A stretch of DNA of 64,000 bases from Alphaproteobacteria bacterium (GCA_965216755.1 CBDCGL010000011.1:1600001-1664000), one strand, 5' to 3'; numbered from the stretch's first letter, positions 9,557-19,247 are shown. Numbers and translations are program-made. Notes: generated by a model not told the origin, from the letters alone.

Positions 9557-10987
9557 ATGGATCGAAGCTCACTGACCCGCGTCGATGACACGGTATGGCG
9601 CATTGAACCATCCGGCGCAATGCGGGTTCCCGGCATTATTTATGCCAGCGAAGACCTCATCAGCGAAATGGACGAGAAAGTCCGCGAGCAGGTCGCCAAT
9701 GTTGCCACCCTCCCCGGCATTGTTACGGCATCCTATGCCATGCCCGACGCGCACTGGGGTTATGGCTTTCCAATCGGCGGGGTCGCGGCCTTTGATGCGG
9801 ACGCGGGCGGTGTTGTCTCCGCCGGTGGCGTGGGTTTCGATATTTCGTGTGGCGTCCGCACGCTGCTGACCGGCCTCCCCGAAACCGACGTGCGCGCGCG
9901 CGCCCAGGATCTTGCCAAAGCCCTATTTGAAACGATCCCGGCGGGCGTCGGCAGCAAGGGGCGAATCAGCCTTGAACCCGCCGCGATGGACGCCATGCTG
10001 GAAGGCGGTGCCCGTTGGGCGGTCGACCAAGGCTGGGGCCTAAGCGAAGATCTGGATCGCATCGAGGAACATGGGTGCGCGGCCGGGGCCCGGCCCGATT
10101 GCGTGTCAGAGCAGGCCAAGAAACGCCAGCGTCGAGAGATGGGCACTTTGGGTTCGGGCAATCATTACCTCGAAGTTCAAACCATCGCCGAGATTTTCGA
10201 TGCCGCCACTGCGGCGCGTTGGGATCTGCGCGCGAGCGACGTGATCGTGACCATTCACTGCGGATCACGCGGTCTTGGCCATCAGATCGGCACCGATTTT
10301 CTGCGTGAGATGGTGGTGGCGGCCGCCGAGCACGGCATCATTCTGCCGGATCGTGAACTCGCTTGTGTGCCGATCAAATCCGAAATCGGCGCCCGCTATC
10401 TTGGCGCCATGCGCGCTGGCATCAATTGTGCGCTCGCCAATCGGGAAATCATCGGTCACCTCACACGCCACGTTTTTGCCGAGCTGCTTCCTTCAGCGTC
10501 GATGACGCTGCTCTACGACGTTTCGCACAACACCTGTAAGGTCGAACAACACCACGTCGAGGGCAAGCAGCGGTCGCTTTTTGTTCACCGCAAAGGCGCC
10601 ACGCGCGCGCTCGGTCCCGGACATCCGAACTTGCCAACGGCCTTTGCCGAGACCGGACAACCGGTTCTGATCGGCGGCAGCATGGGCACCTGCTCTTATA
10701 TACTCGTCGGTACCGAGGCCGGACTCGCGCGCTCGTTTGGGTCCGCCTGCCACGGTGCCGGTCGGGCGATGAGCCGTCACCAAGCGCGCAAACGCTGGCG
10801 CGGCCGCGATGTCTCCGAAGCCCTCGAGGCGCGCGGCATCTTCGTGCGCAGCCCAAGCGCGCGTGGTGTCGCCGAAGAGGCGCCCGGCGCTTACAAGGAC
10901 GTCACCGTCGTCGTGGCGGCGACCGAACATACGGGGCTGGCGCGTCGCGTGGCACGACTTGACCCCATGATATGTATCAAGGGCTGA
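9557..10987 (+). CDS. rtcB: RtcB RNA ligase (archaeal/eukaryote-like type)
   Basis: MPDAHWGYGFPIGG, GFDISCG, GTLGSGNHYLE, HCGSRG, SHN, HRKGA, GGSMG, SACHGAGR, EEAPGAYK and terminal IKG. Confidence 0.97.
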   Translation: MDRSSLTRVDDTVWRIEPSGAMRVPGIIYASEDLISEMDEKVREQVANVATLPGIVTASYAMPDAHWGYGFPIGGVAAFDADAGGVVSAGGVGFDISCGVRTLLTGLPETDVRARAQDLAKALFETIPAGVGSKGRISLEPAAMDAMLEGGARWAVDQGWGLSEDLDRIEEHGCAAGARPDCVSEQAKKRQRREMGTLGSGNHYLEVQTIAEIFDAATAARWDLRASDVIVTIHCGSRGLGHQIGTDFLREMVVAAAEHGIILPDRELACVPIKSEIGARYLGAMRAGINCALANREIIGHLTRHVFAELLPSASMTLLYDVSHNTCKVEQHHVEGKQRSLFVHRKGATRALGPGHPNLPTAFAETGQPVLIGGSMGTCSYILVGTEAGLARSFGSACHGAGRAMSRHQARKRWRGRDVSEALEARGIFVRSPSARGVAEEAPGAYKDVTVVVAATEHTGLARRVARLDPMICIKG

Positions 10988-11020
10988 TGACGCCGCCGTC
11001 GGACCGGGGAAGACCCTATG

Positions 11021-11893
11021 TCAACGCGGTGTCACCTCGTCCCGCGCGAATGTCGGGTCCGATTGGTCGCGTGGGATGGCGGACATCGACGAAATCTCGC
11101 GGCGAAGTGCAGCAACTTCGGTGACTAACGCCCGAAGCGCCAGATCATGGGCAATCGCTTGATCTTGCTCCTCCTCCGCCGCGGCTTCGTGCATGGAGTT
11201 GACGATGATCGCAATAAACAAATTCAACACCGCGAATGTCACGATCAGAATAAAAGGCACAAAGAAGGCCCAAGCGTAAGGATGTAGCGCCATCACCGGG
11301 CGCACGATCCCCATTGACCAGGACTCCAGCGTCATAATCTGAAACAGCGTGTACGCCGACCGCCCGATCGTTCCGAACCAGGCGTCAAAGTCTGCACCGA
11401 ACAACTTTGTGGCCATAACCGCGGCGACATAGAAGACCAAACACAATAGGGCCAAGACGGACCCCATGCTCGGGATTGCCTGTAGCAGCGCCTGAATAAC
11501 GACGCGCATGCGGGGAACCACCGAAATGAGGCGCAGCGCCCGCAAAATACGCAATGCGCGGAGTACCGAAATGCCGTCGCCGGTTGGCGCCAATGAAACG
11601 GCCACGATCGCAAAATCAAACAGGTTCCACGGATCTCGGAAAAAGCGAAAGCGATAGACAACAAGCTTGATGGCAATCTCGACAACAAAAATGGTCAAAG
11701 CCATGGCGTCGAGCACGCGTAACAGACTGCCGGCCGCAGCCATGGCGGTCGACGATGTTTCGAGGCCGATAACGATGGCGTTGACCACAATAACGGCGAT
11801 GATCGCTTTGCGTGTCAGCCCGGCCTCGATGAAACTTTGCAGTCGGCTCATCGCGCCCAGCGGCGCAGCCTCCACATTTGCGTCGTCAGTCAT
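11021..11893 (-). CDS. Bacterial voltage-gated sodium channel (BacNav)
   Basis: 6-TM pattern, WNLFDF, S4 RALRILRALR, selectivity filter TLESWSMG, C-terminal coiled coil. Confidence 0.93.
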   Translation of the reverse strand: MTDDANVEAAPLGAMSRLQSFIEAGLTRKAIIAVIVVNAIVIGLETSSTAMAAAGSLLRVLDAMALTIFVVEIAIKLVVYRFRFFRDPWNLFDFAIVAVSLAPTGDGISVLRALRILRALRLISVVPRMRVVIQALLQAIPSMGSVLALLCLVFYVAAVMATKLFGADFDAWFGTIGRSAYTLFQIMTLESWSMGIVRPVMALHPYAWAFFVPFILIVTFAVLNLFIAIIVNSMHEAAAEEEQDQAIAHDLALRALVTEVAALRREISSMSAIPRDQSDPTFARDEVTPR

Positions 11894-12540
11894 CGCCAAA
11901 TCGGCCTGAATTGGTCGCTTTTTCGATCCAACCCGTGCAGCCGGCCGTCCGCGATATCGAAATAGGCCCCGCGCAAACGCAAAAGCCCGGCCGCGAGCCG
12001 CTCATTCACGAAGGGAAACGTCCGCAAATTCTCCAAAGATTGGCGGATAGAAGCATGTTCAAGCACCTGCTGCTGCACCTCGAGCGAAGCTTCAGCAGTC
12101 GCGCCGAGTGCCTCAATGTGCGCGGGGTTCAACAGGGACATCCAGCGTTCAATGAACATGGATCCTTGAGAGCGATCTTGAAGCCCATCCAAGAAAGCGC
12201 GAACGCCACCACAACGGGCATGGCCCAAGACCAATATGTTCTCAACGTCCAGACCGTTGACTGCAAATTCCAAAGCGGCACTGGTGCCGTGATAGTCGCC
12301 GTGTCGCTCGAACGGCGGGACCAAATTGGCGACATTGCGCACGATGAACAGCTGACCGGGGCCCGCGTTGAATATGGCCGCGGGGTCGACGCGACTATCG
12401 CAGCAGGCAATCACCATCGTTTTCGGCGCTTGGCCCGCATCCGCTAGTGCTCGATAGACGGCAGCTTCTTGGGGATATCGTTTTTCAAGAAAGTCCTTAT
12501 ACCCGTTTACCAATTCAGCGATATCGTGCACGGTCAACAC
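11890..12540 (-). CDS. Beta-class carbonic anhydrase
   Basis: GQAP, CCDSRV, RNVANLVPP, AALEFAV and HARCGG zinc motifs; ATGA overlap with the channel gene. Confidence 0.93.
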   Translation of the reverse strand: MLTVHDIAELVNGYKDFLEKRYPQEAAVYRALADAGQAPKTMVIACCDSRVDPAAIFNAGPGQLFIVRNVANLVPPFERHGDYHGTSAALEFAVNGLDVENILVLGHARCGGVRAFLDGLQDRSQGSMFIERWMSLLNPAHIEALGATAEASLEVQQQVLEHASIRQSLENLRTFPFVNERLAAGLLRLRGAYFDIADGRLHGLDRKSDQFRPIWR

Positions 12541-12657
12541 CTCGGTTCAGTGGTTGGCCTGGGGCGAGGTCCTAAGACGGCCTGGGGTGAGTTATTGACC
12601 ATCACCCTGATAGCAGCGTCCCCATTCAAAAGCACCCCTCCCGGGAACGGCGACGCC

Positions 12658-13524
12658 TTAATTCATGGTCTTGGGCGGCGGTGCCTGGGCATAGTATCGT
12701 CGGCACTCGCCTTCGCGACCGCGAACCACGCGTTCACCGACAAGAACGCCCCGGGTCTCTGTCACAATCGTGCGCTGACCTTCTGCATGATCATCCGAGT
12801 GGAAATAGACGACGACCCAATCGTGCGTGCGCCCCAGATCGTGGGCGCGCGCTGTATTGGAGAACAACACAGTGAAATGCCAGCGGCCGCGGTTGGTGTG
12901 AAGGATCGGCAGCCACGCTTCGGCGCTTGGGTTGAAACGCCGGGGCGCGATCGTACGCAGCTGGCCGGCCGCCGCTTTCTCGCGATATTCGCGATCCACA
13001 TCGAGCAAGGCGTCGATCGGCGGTTCCGTCGCCGTCGCCGGCCGCGGCCTTGGGCGTGCACGTTTCAGCATTTCCGCCAAGGATGCACGAACCATGGCTG
13101 CGCGCCTGGAGCCGACCCCGGGTACAGCGTCAAGCCGGCCGTCATGGGCAGCTATTTCTAGGGCTTCGAGTGTGTCGATGTGCAAAGTGTCGTGAATACG
13201 TTCGGCAAACTTCGGGCCAATCCCGGGAACCGTCTGAAACAATCGCTCCGGCCGCGATTCGCCCCGTAGCCGCTCCAGTAGACTCGATCGGCCGGTCCGG
13301 AGAATTTCCTCAATCGTGTTCGCGATCGATGGCCCGATACCTGGCAACGCAACCAGGCCTTCATGACCTGCCCGCTGAACCAATTCGCCGACATCGTCAT
13401 CAAGTTCGACTACGGTCTTAGCGGCACGGCGATAGGCGTTTTGACGGAATGGGTTCGCGCCTTGACCGGCAAGCAAAGCGGCGATTTGGTCGAGTATGTC
13501 GGCGATATGGCTATTTGGCGACAC
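12658..13524 (-). CDS. PolX-N-terminal/helix-hairpin-helix protein with an uncharacterised C-terminal domain
   Basis: NPFRQNAYRRAA (PolX 8-kDa domain) and three HhH motifs (LPGIG, VPGIG, VPGVG). No palm GS.RR/DxD motif and no PHP domain. Confidence 0.85.
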   Translation of the reverse strand: MSPNSHIADILDQIAALLAGQGANPFRQNAYRRAAKTVVELDDDVGELVQRAGHEGLVALPGIGPSIANTIEEILRTGRSSLLERLRGESRPERLFQTVPGIGPKFAERIHDTLHIDTLEALEIAAHDGRLDAVPGVGSRRAAMVRASLAEMLKRARPRPRPATATEPPIDALLDVDREYREKAAAGQLRTIAPRRFNPSAEAWLPILHTNRGRWHFTVLFSNTARAHDLGRTHDWVVVYFHSDDHAEGQRTIVTETRGVLVGERVVRGREGECRRYYAQAPPPKTMN

Positions 13525-16324
13525 GCTCTACCGGCTCCCCACGACGCACATGCCCATCAGTGTGGTTGGTTACCAACTTCAAGATTTCCATTACGACTAG
13601 CAAGGTTGCGGCAATTGCCGCCACTGTCAGCCAGTCGCGCCAACCAATGGGCGCTACGTCCAAGACTCCGCTGAAACCGGGCGTGTACATCGCTACAATA
13701 TGTAGGCCCTGCGCCGCAAATATGGCGAGTATCAGAAACGGGTTCGCCGATAGTGGCACACGAAACACCGAACGCCGCTCCGAACGCGCGTTCAGAGCCT
13801 GCACATTCTCAAACAACACCATGAGCAGCAGCAACAGGTTTCGCGCCGCCGCCTCGCTCATCCCGCTGTCCAATGCCCAACTGTAAAATGCAAAGGCCGC
13901 GACGCCCATGTACGTCCCGCCGACAATGACCTGCAGGATCATCCGGTGCTCGAACAACGGTTCTGTCGGCGGTCGTGGCATTCGCCCAAGAACATCCGGC
14001 TCGCCCTTTTCGAACGAAAGGGCGACGTCTTGAATGCCGTTGGTCACCAGGTTTAGCCACAATAATTGTATGGCAAACAATGGTAACGGCAAACCGGTGG
14101 CGATCGAAAGCAAGAACAACACGATCTCGCCGAGGCCCGTCGTGATAAGGAGAAAAACAAGTTTGCGAACATTGTCGTAGGCAATGCGCCCTTCTTCCAC
14201 GCCGGAAACAATGCTCGCGAAATTGTCGTCGGCCAAAATCAAATCGGCAGCGCCGCGCGCGGCATCGGTGCCGCTTTCGCCCATGGCCACGCCGATATCG
14301 GCGGCTGACAGTGCCGGGGCATCATTAACGCCGTCACCGCTGACCGCGACCAGTTCCCCCCGACGTTGCAACGCCTGTACAATTGACAGCTTTTGAACCG
14401 GGTCGATGCGCGCAAATACGCGGGCGCCACCGACCAAAGAGTCGAACACGGTTTGGTCATCTGCGGCATCGCCGAGCTCACTGCCACTAACGACCTGTGT
14501 TCGGTCGCCGGTGATGCGCAGTTCACGCGCGATCGCCAGGGCCGTGCTGGGGTGATCGCCAGTGACCATCCGCACGTCAACGCCTGCCGACCGACATCGA
14601 TCTATGGCCGCAGGGACCTCTGGCCGGACGGGGTCTATTAGGCCGACGAGTCCGAGCACCGTCAGCCCCCTTAGCGCCTCTATCTCCGGCGATAGAGCGC
14701 GTTCAATAGACATGGTCCCGCGCGCGACGGCCAAGACTCGATATCCCGCGGCAGCCATGTCCTCGGCGGCGGCCTGGATTGGCGCGCGGGCTGGGCCATC
14801 GCACATATCCAGAATAACCTCCGGTGCGCCCTTGACATGGGCGACTGCCACAGCCTTTTCATGCTCTTTGGGTGCAGCGCCAGCCGTGAATACAGCACCA
14901 AATCGACGGCGTGGTTCATAAGGAAGCAAGCCCAGACGCGGATGTGCTTCTTGCAATACGCGATAGTCGAGTCCGAGCTTGGCGGCAAAAACAAGCAGCG
15001 CGACGTCGACGGTATCGCCCAAATGCTCAACCTCGTGCGCCCGCACTCGCAGGCTGGCTTCGTTACACAGTGCAGCACTTGTCGCAAAACCTCTCAACAG
15101 ATCGTCGATATCCGCTGAGAGTGCGCGGCCGTTCAGTGTTGCACCACCCTGAGGCAGATATCCTTGACCACCCACCTCGACCAGGTCCGGTGGTGCAGCA
15201 TCACCGAACAATCGGACCCGTTTTACCGTCAGCTCGTTGCACGTCAAGGTGCCGGTCTTGTCGCTGGCAATCAGCGTGCACGCGCCAAGGCCTTCAACCG
15301 CCGGCAGGGCGCGGACAATCACATTGCGGCGCGCCATGCGCGTCGCGGCAATCGACAAGGCGACGGTGATCGCCACTGGCAATCCCTCCGGAATGGCCGC
15401 AACGGCCAACGCCACGGCCACCAAGAAAACTTGGACCAGCGGTAAACCTTGAAGGAGTTGAACGGCAGCAATTAAGGCAATGAACAACAACGTCGCAACG
15501 CCGATCACCCGGCTGAACCGCTCCAGGCGTGTGACCAAGGGCGGCGGCGCCACGTCGCCACGTGCCAGCGCTGCAGCAATCTGGCCAACCTCCGTCCCCG
15601 ATCCGATGACGGCAACGACGCCACTGACGCGCCCGGACAAGACGGTCGTCCCTGCGTGCAGCATGTTGCGCCGTTCGGCGATGGGAATCGAGTCACGCGC
15701 CATCGCCGCGGCGTCTTTCGCCACGGGGGTCGATTCGCCCGTGAGAAGTGATTCGTCGACAGTGAGTTCCGTAACTGAAAGTACTCTAATATCCGCCGGC
15801 ACCAAGGCACCTGAGCCCAGGGAAACAATGTCTCCAGGCACCAAGTCCGATGCATCCACCCGCCGGGCAACGCCATCTCGGCGGGCAACCGCGATATTGC
15901 GCACCAGCACATCCAAGGCGGCCGCCTGGCCTTCCGCTTGCCTCTCCTGATAGGTTCCGATCGCCGCATTCAGCTGTATGACAATGAAAATAAAAAAGGC
16001 GTCGGCCCACTCGGCCATGCCAACCGACACCACCGTGGCGAGCAACAAGAGATAAACAAGTGGATTCTTGAATTGCCTGGCATAGATGACTGCAAGACTT
16101 GCGCGCTTTCGTCGCGGCAAGATGTTGGCGCCGAAAACACGTCGCCGCGCCTGCGCCTCGGGGGAGGTCAAACCATCCTCCGTGGTCCGCAATTGCGCCA
16201 ACGCCTGATCCCGGCGTAAGGCGTGCCACGCACCATGCGCGTGCGCGCCAGGAATCAATGTCGGCTTGTCGCTTGGCTCAGTTGTTGAACGTCCTTCTAT
16301 CGCCGACATGTCCATTCCGCTCAC
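13511..16324 (-). CDS. Cation-transporting P-type ATPase (P2-like)
   Basis: LTGES, AIPEGL, DKTGTLT, KGAPE, DPVR, TGD and GDGVNDAPAL motifs; C-terminal TM bundle. Confidence 0.95.
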   Translation of the reverse strand: MSGMDMSAIEGRSTTEPSDKPTLIPGAHAHGAWHALRRDQALAQLRTTEDGLTSPEAQARRRVFGANILPRRKRASLAVIYARQFKNPLVYLLLLATVVSVGMAEWADAFFIFIVIQLNAAIGTYQERQAEGQAAALDVLVRNIAVARRDGVARRVDASDLVPGDIVSLGSGALVPADIRVLSVTELTVDESLLTGESTPVAKDAAAMARDSIPIAERRNMLHAGTTVLSGRVSGVVAVIGSGTEVGQIAAALARGDVAPPPLVTRLERFSRVIGVATLLFIALIAAVQLLQGLPLVQVFLVAVALAVAAIPEGLPVAITVALSIAATRMARRNVIVRALPAVEGLGACTLIASDKTGTLTCNELTVKRVRLFGDAAPPDLVEVGGQGYLPQGGATLNGRALSADIDDLLRGFATSAALCNEASLRVRAHEVEHLGDTVDVALLVFAAKLGLDYRVLQEAHPRLGLLPYEPRRRFGAVFTAGAAPKEHEKAVAVAHVKGAPEVILDMCDGPARAPIQAAAEDMAAAGYRVLAVARGTMSIERALSPEIEALRGLTVLGLVGLIDPVRPEVPAAIDRCRSAGVDVRMVTGDHPSTALAIARELRITGDRTQVVSGSELGDAADDQTVFDSLVGGARVFARIDPVQKLSIVQALQRRGELVAVSGDGVNDAPALSAADIGVAMGESGTDAARGAADLILADDNFASIVSGVEEGRIAYDNVRKLVFLLITTGLGEIVLFLLSIATGLPLPLFAIQLLWLNLVTNGIQDVALSFEKGEPDVLGRMPRPPTEPLFEHRMILQVIVGGTYMGVAAFAFYSWALDSGMSEAAARNLLLLLMVLFENVQALNARSERRSVFRVPLSANPFLILAIFAAQGLHIVAMYTPGFSGVLDVAPIGWRDWLTVAAIAATLLVVMEILKLVTNHTDGHVRRGEPVERVAK

Positions 16325-16388
16325 GGCTCAAAGCTTGGTCCGACAGTGGAAATCAATCGCAATCATGGTGATTTTTTGTTGCGGCTAT

Positions 16389-16402
16389 TTGCCAGCTCTC
16401 AA
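16389..16402. promoter_or_regulatory. FixK-type box upstream of the P-type ATPase
   Basis: TTGCcagctcTCAA fits the relaxed TTG(A/C)-N6-(T/G)CAA pattern, about 65 bp upstream of the ORF. Confidence 0.35.
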
Positions 16403-16519
16403 TCTCCTTGAACTGATGCATGAGGTCGATCGACACCTGCGCCACGCTCACGAAATCCGTTAAAGCGCGACGAAAAGAACCGGGATGGCAACGTCTCTGT
16501 AACTGATTCTGGACTCCAG

Positions 16520-16810
16520 CTAACCTTGTGCCACTTCAGCGGACCAATCGACCGACCGCGCCCCTTCGCCCAACGCGCGCGGTTGGTGGGCGAACTCAAC
16601 GAACCGTTTGAGGTCTTCAAGGGTCGCGCGTGCGCTGGACGCGGTCGAAGTTTGCGTCGGCCCCAGCGCTGAAAGGACGGACTCCAACGCCGCATCGACC
16701 TGATGATAGCTGACCGCGTCGGCGCGGATCAGCATTTCCAGTAGCACCTTGTTTACGACCGTCAGTGCGGCCAACCGCGCCTCGACCGTATCCTTACCTT
16801 GCGCGTTCAT
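16520..16810 (-). CDS. Hypothetical protein (96 aa)
   Basis: ATG start with a GAGGG RBS; helical composition; fills the gap downstream of the aminotransferase. Confidence 0.6.
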   Translation of the reverse strand: MNAQGKDTVEARLAALTVVNKVLLEMLIRADAVSYHQVDAALESVLSALGPTQTSTASSARATLEDLKRFVEFAHQPRALGEGARSVDWSAEVAQG

Positions 16811-16867
16811 GCTGCCCTCTTTGGACCTTCTTAACTAAGCCAAACGAAAAAATGGCACACGCTCGTG

Positions 16868-18049
16868 TCACGTGCCGAAATACCTGTCCATACGGTCGAA
16901 CGCCGAATTTATCACGTCATCGGCCACGCAAAACGCCATGCGCACACGGCTTTCACCACGCGGACCAAACGCACTACCGGGTGTCACGATTACCTTTGCG
17001 TGTTCAAGAAGATCTATAGCAAATGTGCTGGAATCTTTGTGCGGCACCAGAATTTTTGGAAAGACATAATACGCGCCCTCGGGTTTGACGTAGGAAAAAA
17101 CATGGTTGAGTCGATCGAGGCGTTCACAAATCAATGCGCGGCGGCGCGCCAGCACGGCCTCAAAGGCGGTCAAGTGTACCGGCGGTTCGCTCAATCCAAC
17201 AATCGCAGCAACTTGCGAAATCCTTGGTGTACAAATGATTGTTGCATCGTGAACTTTAAGAACTTCCTTCTTAATGGCCGCCGGTACGATCATATAGCCG
17301 ACTCGCCAACCGCTCATCGCATAGGATTTCGAGAACGTGAACAAGTAAGCGATGTGATCGAAAAGCTCGGTCACCGACGACAAATTGAAGATACGGTCAT
17401 GATTTTCATAGGCAAAATGCGAATAGGGATCGTCGATCAGAATCATCAAGTCACGTTGCCGCGCAACCTGGCCAACATGCCGCAGATCTTGCTCAGAAAA
17501 AATCACGCCCGTGGGATTCGACGGTGTCACCAGAACGATTGCCTTGGATTTTTCGGTGACAAGGCTGTCCAATGCGGCGACATCGAGGCGCCAGCCCCGT
17601 GCCTCATCCATCGGCCAGAAGACCGGCCGGCCGCCGCACAGGCGAATCTGCTGAAAGTGTGACGCGAAACCCGGATCGGTGACGATGATTTCATCACCGG
17701 GGTTGATCAGAACATGAAATAGCGCATTGAGGCCCTGCATGTTGCCAGCGGTGATCATCACATTTCGATCGGCATCCGTAGCAACGCCCGTCGCGTCCTG
17801 ATGCACTTGGGCAACGATATCTCTGAGCTCAGACAAACCGTCGGGCAATGCATATTTGCCGATGTCCGGATCCGCTTCGAGCGCCTTTTCAATGCCACAT
17901 CGAATATGTTCCGGTGTTTCGAACGAGGGCAGCCCCCACGTTAAGGAGGCAGCACCGTCGACTTTCGCACCGCGGATAGCCATCTCCTTGATTGCCGAAA
18001 CAGTGATTCCGGCGACATGCTGAGACACGCGATCCACAGTGGCGGTCAT
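16868..18049 (-). CDS. PLP-dependent aminotransferase class I/II
   Basis: PSNPTG, DDPY, FSKSYAMSGWRVG, PEGAYY and PGSAFG motifs; start taken at the MTATVD ATG. Confidence 0.93.
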   Translation of the reverse strand: MTATVDRVSQHVAGITVSAIKEMAIRGAKVDGAASLTWGLPSFETPEHIRCGIEKALEADPDIGKYALPDGLSELRDIVAQVHQDATGVATDADRNVMITAGNMQGLNALFHVLINPGDEIIVTDPGFASHFQQIRLCGGRPVFWPMDEARGWRLDVAALDSLVTEKSKAIVLVTPSNPTGVIFSEQDLRHVGQVARQRDLMILIDDPYSHFAYENHDRIFNLSSVTELFDHIAYLFTFSKSYAMSGWRVGYMIVPAAIKKEVLKVHDATIICTPRISQVAAIVGLSEPPVHLTAFEAVLARRRALICERLDRLNHVFSYVKPEGAYYVFPKILVPHKDSSTFAIDLLEHAKVIVTPGSAFGPRGESRVRMAFCVADDVINSAFDRMDRYFGT

Positions 18050-18107
18050 TGGTAGATCATTCGCATCGAGGTGTTTTTCCCGTCTTTTCGACGCGCTAAT
18101 CCGCACG

Positions 18108-19229
18108 CTAAAGGTTTGGTGAAGACCATCGTCGCGTGGCCATCGCTTTTCGGACACGTACCGAGGCCATCGCGTCGGCCACGGCGCGGGGAGTCACCGC
18201 GTCGCTTTGCGCGCGGCTCAAGACTTGCGATGTATTGAGGCTAATCTTTTCCTCGATGAATTGCAGTGCGGCCGCTTCCGTCCCACCGGCATATTCGACG
18301 GCCGCACAGATCACGCCGCCGGCATTGGCAATGAAATCGGGGATAACCAGCACATTCTTGTTGTGCAACCAGAGTTCCGCTTCGGCGGTCGCCGGTATAT
18401 TCGCGCCTTCCAGAACAAGCTTGGTGGAAAGCTGCTCGACATTGTCGCCGCGCAGCGCATTGGGTCGCGCCGCCGGAATCCAAATGTCACATTCGATGCC
18501 GATGACGGCGTCGCGATCGACTACGACACCGGTATTATGGTCAGCCAGGTGACCACTATCGCGTTTCGTGGCAATCAATGCTTCGATATCCAGACCGTCG
18601 CTATTGTAGACGGCGCCGCGCGAATCCGATGCGGCGACCAAAACAGCGCCCTTCGCGGCTAAGAATCGGGCGGCGTGCTGCCCGACCGCGCCAAAGCCTT
18701 GCACGACAACACGCGCGTTGCGCAAATCCAAATCGCAGAACGGCGCGGCAATGGTCGCCGCCACCGCCAGGCCAAAGCCCGTGGCGCCAATCTCATCGAG
18801 CGGGATTCCACCGAGTTCCCGTGGTAAACCAACAGCTCGACCGATCTCATCCTTCATCCATGCCATGCAGATTTCGTTGGTGCCCATGTCGGGGCCAGCG
18901 ATGTATCCGCTCTCATCGCCGATCGCACACGCGAAGGCGCGAACGATACGTTCTTTTTCGCGTGCCGGCATACGTGGATCACCAAAGATGACCGACTTGC
19001 CACCGCCATGGGACAGGCCGGCAGCCGCGTTCTTGAGTGTCATCGACCGTGCCAAGCCGAAACATTCTTCAACGCTCACGTCGGGCGCCATTCGAACGCC
19101 ACCGATTGCCGGCCCCGCCGCGATATTGTCGACAACGACAACCGCCTTAAGGCCTATCGATGGCTGATAGATTTGGAGAATTCGCTCAGGCCCCAGATCA
19201 TCGCAGAAATCAAATCCCGATCGGCTCAT
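18108..19229 (-). CDS. Glu/Leu/Phe/Val dehydrogenase
   Basis: GGVR, MTLK, GGGK, GPDMGT, ATGFG, QGFGAVG, EGAN and PDFIANAGGV motifs. Confidence 0.93.
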   Translation of the reverse strand: MSRSGFDFCDDLGPERILQIYQPSIGLKAVVVVDNIAAGPAIGGVRMAPDVSVEECFGLARSMTLKNAAAGLSHGGGKSVIFGDPRMPAREKERIVRAFACAIGDESGYIAGPDMGTNEICMAWMKDEIGRAVGLPRELGGIPLDEIGATGFGLAVAATIAAPFCDLDLRNARVVVQGFGAVGQHAARFLAAKGAVLVAASDSRGAVYNSDGLDIEALIATKRDSGHLADHNTGVVVDRDAVIGIECDIWIPAARPNALRGDNVEQLSTKLVLEGANIPATAEAELWLHNKNVLVIPDFIANAGGVICAAVEYAGGTEAAALQFIEEKISLNTSQVLSRAQSDAVTPRAVADAMASVRVRKAMATRRWSSPNL

Positions 19230-19247
19230 GTACCGCTCTCCTAAACC

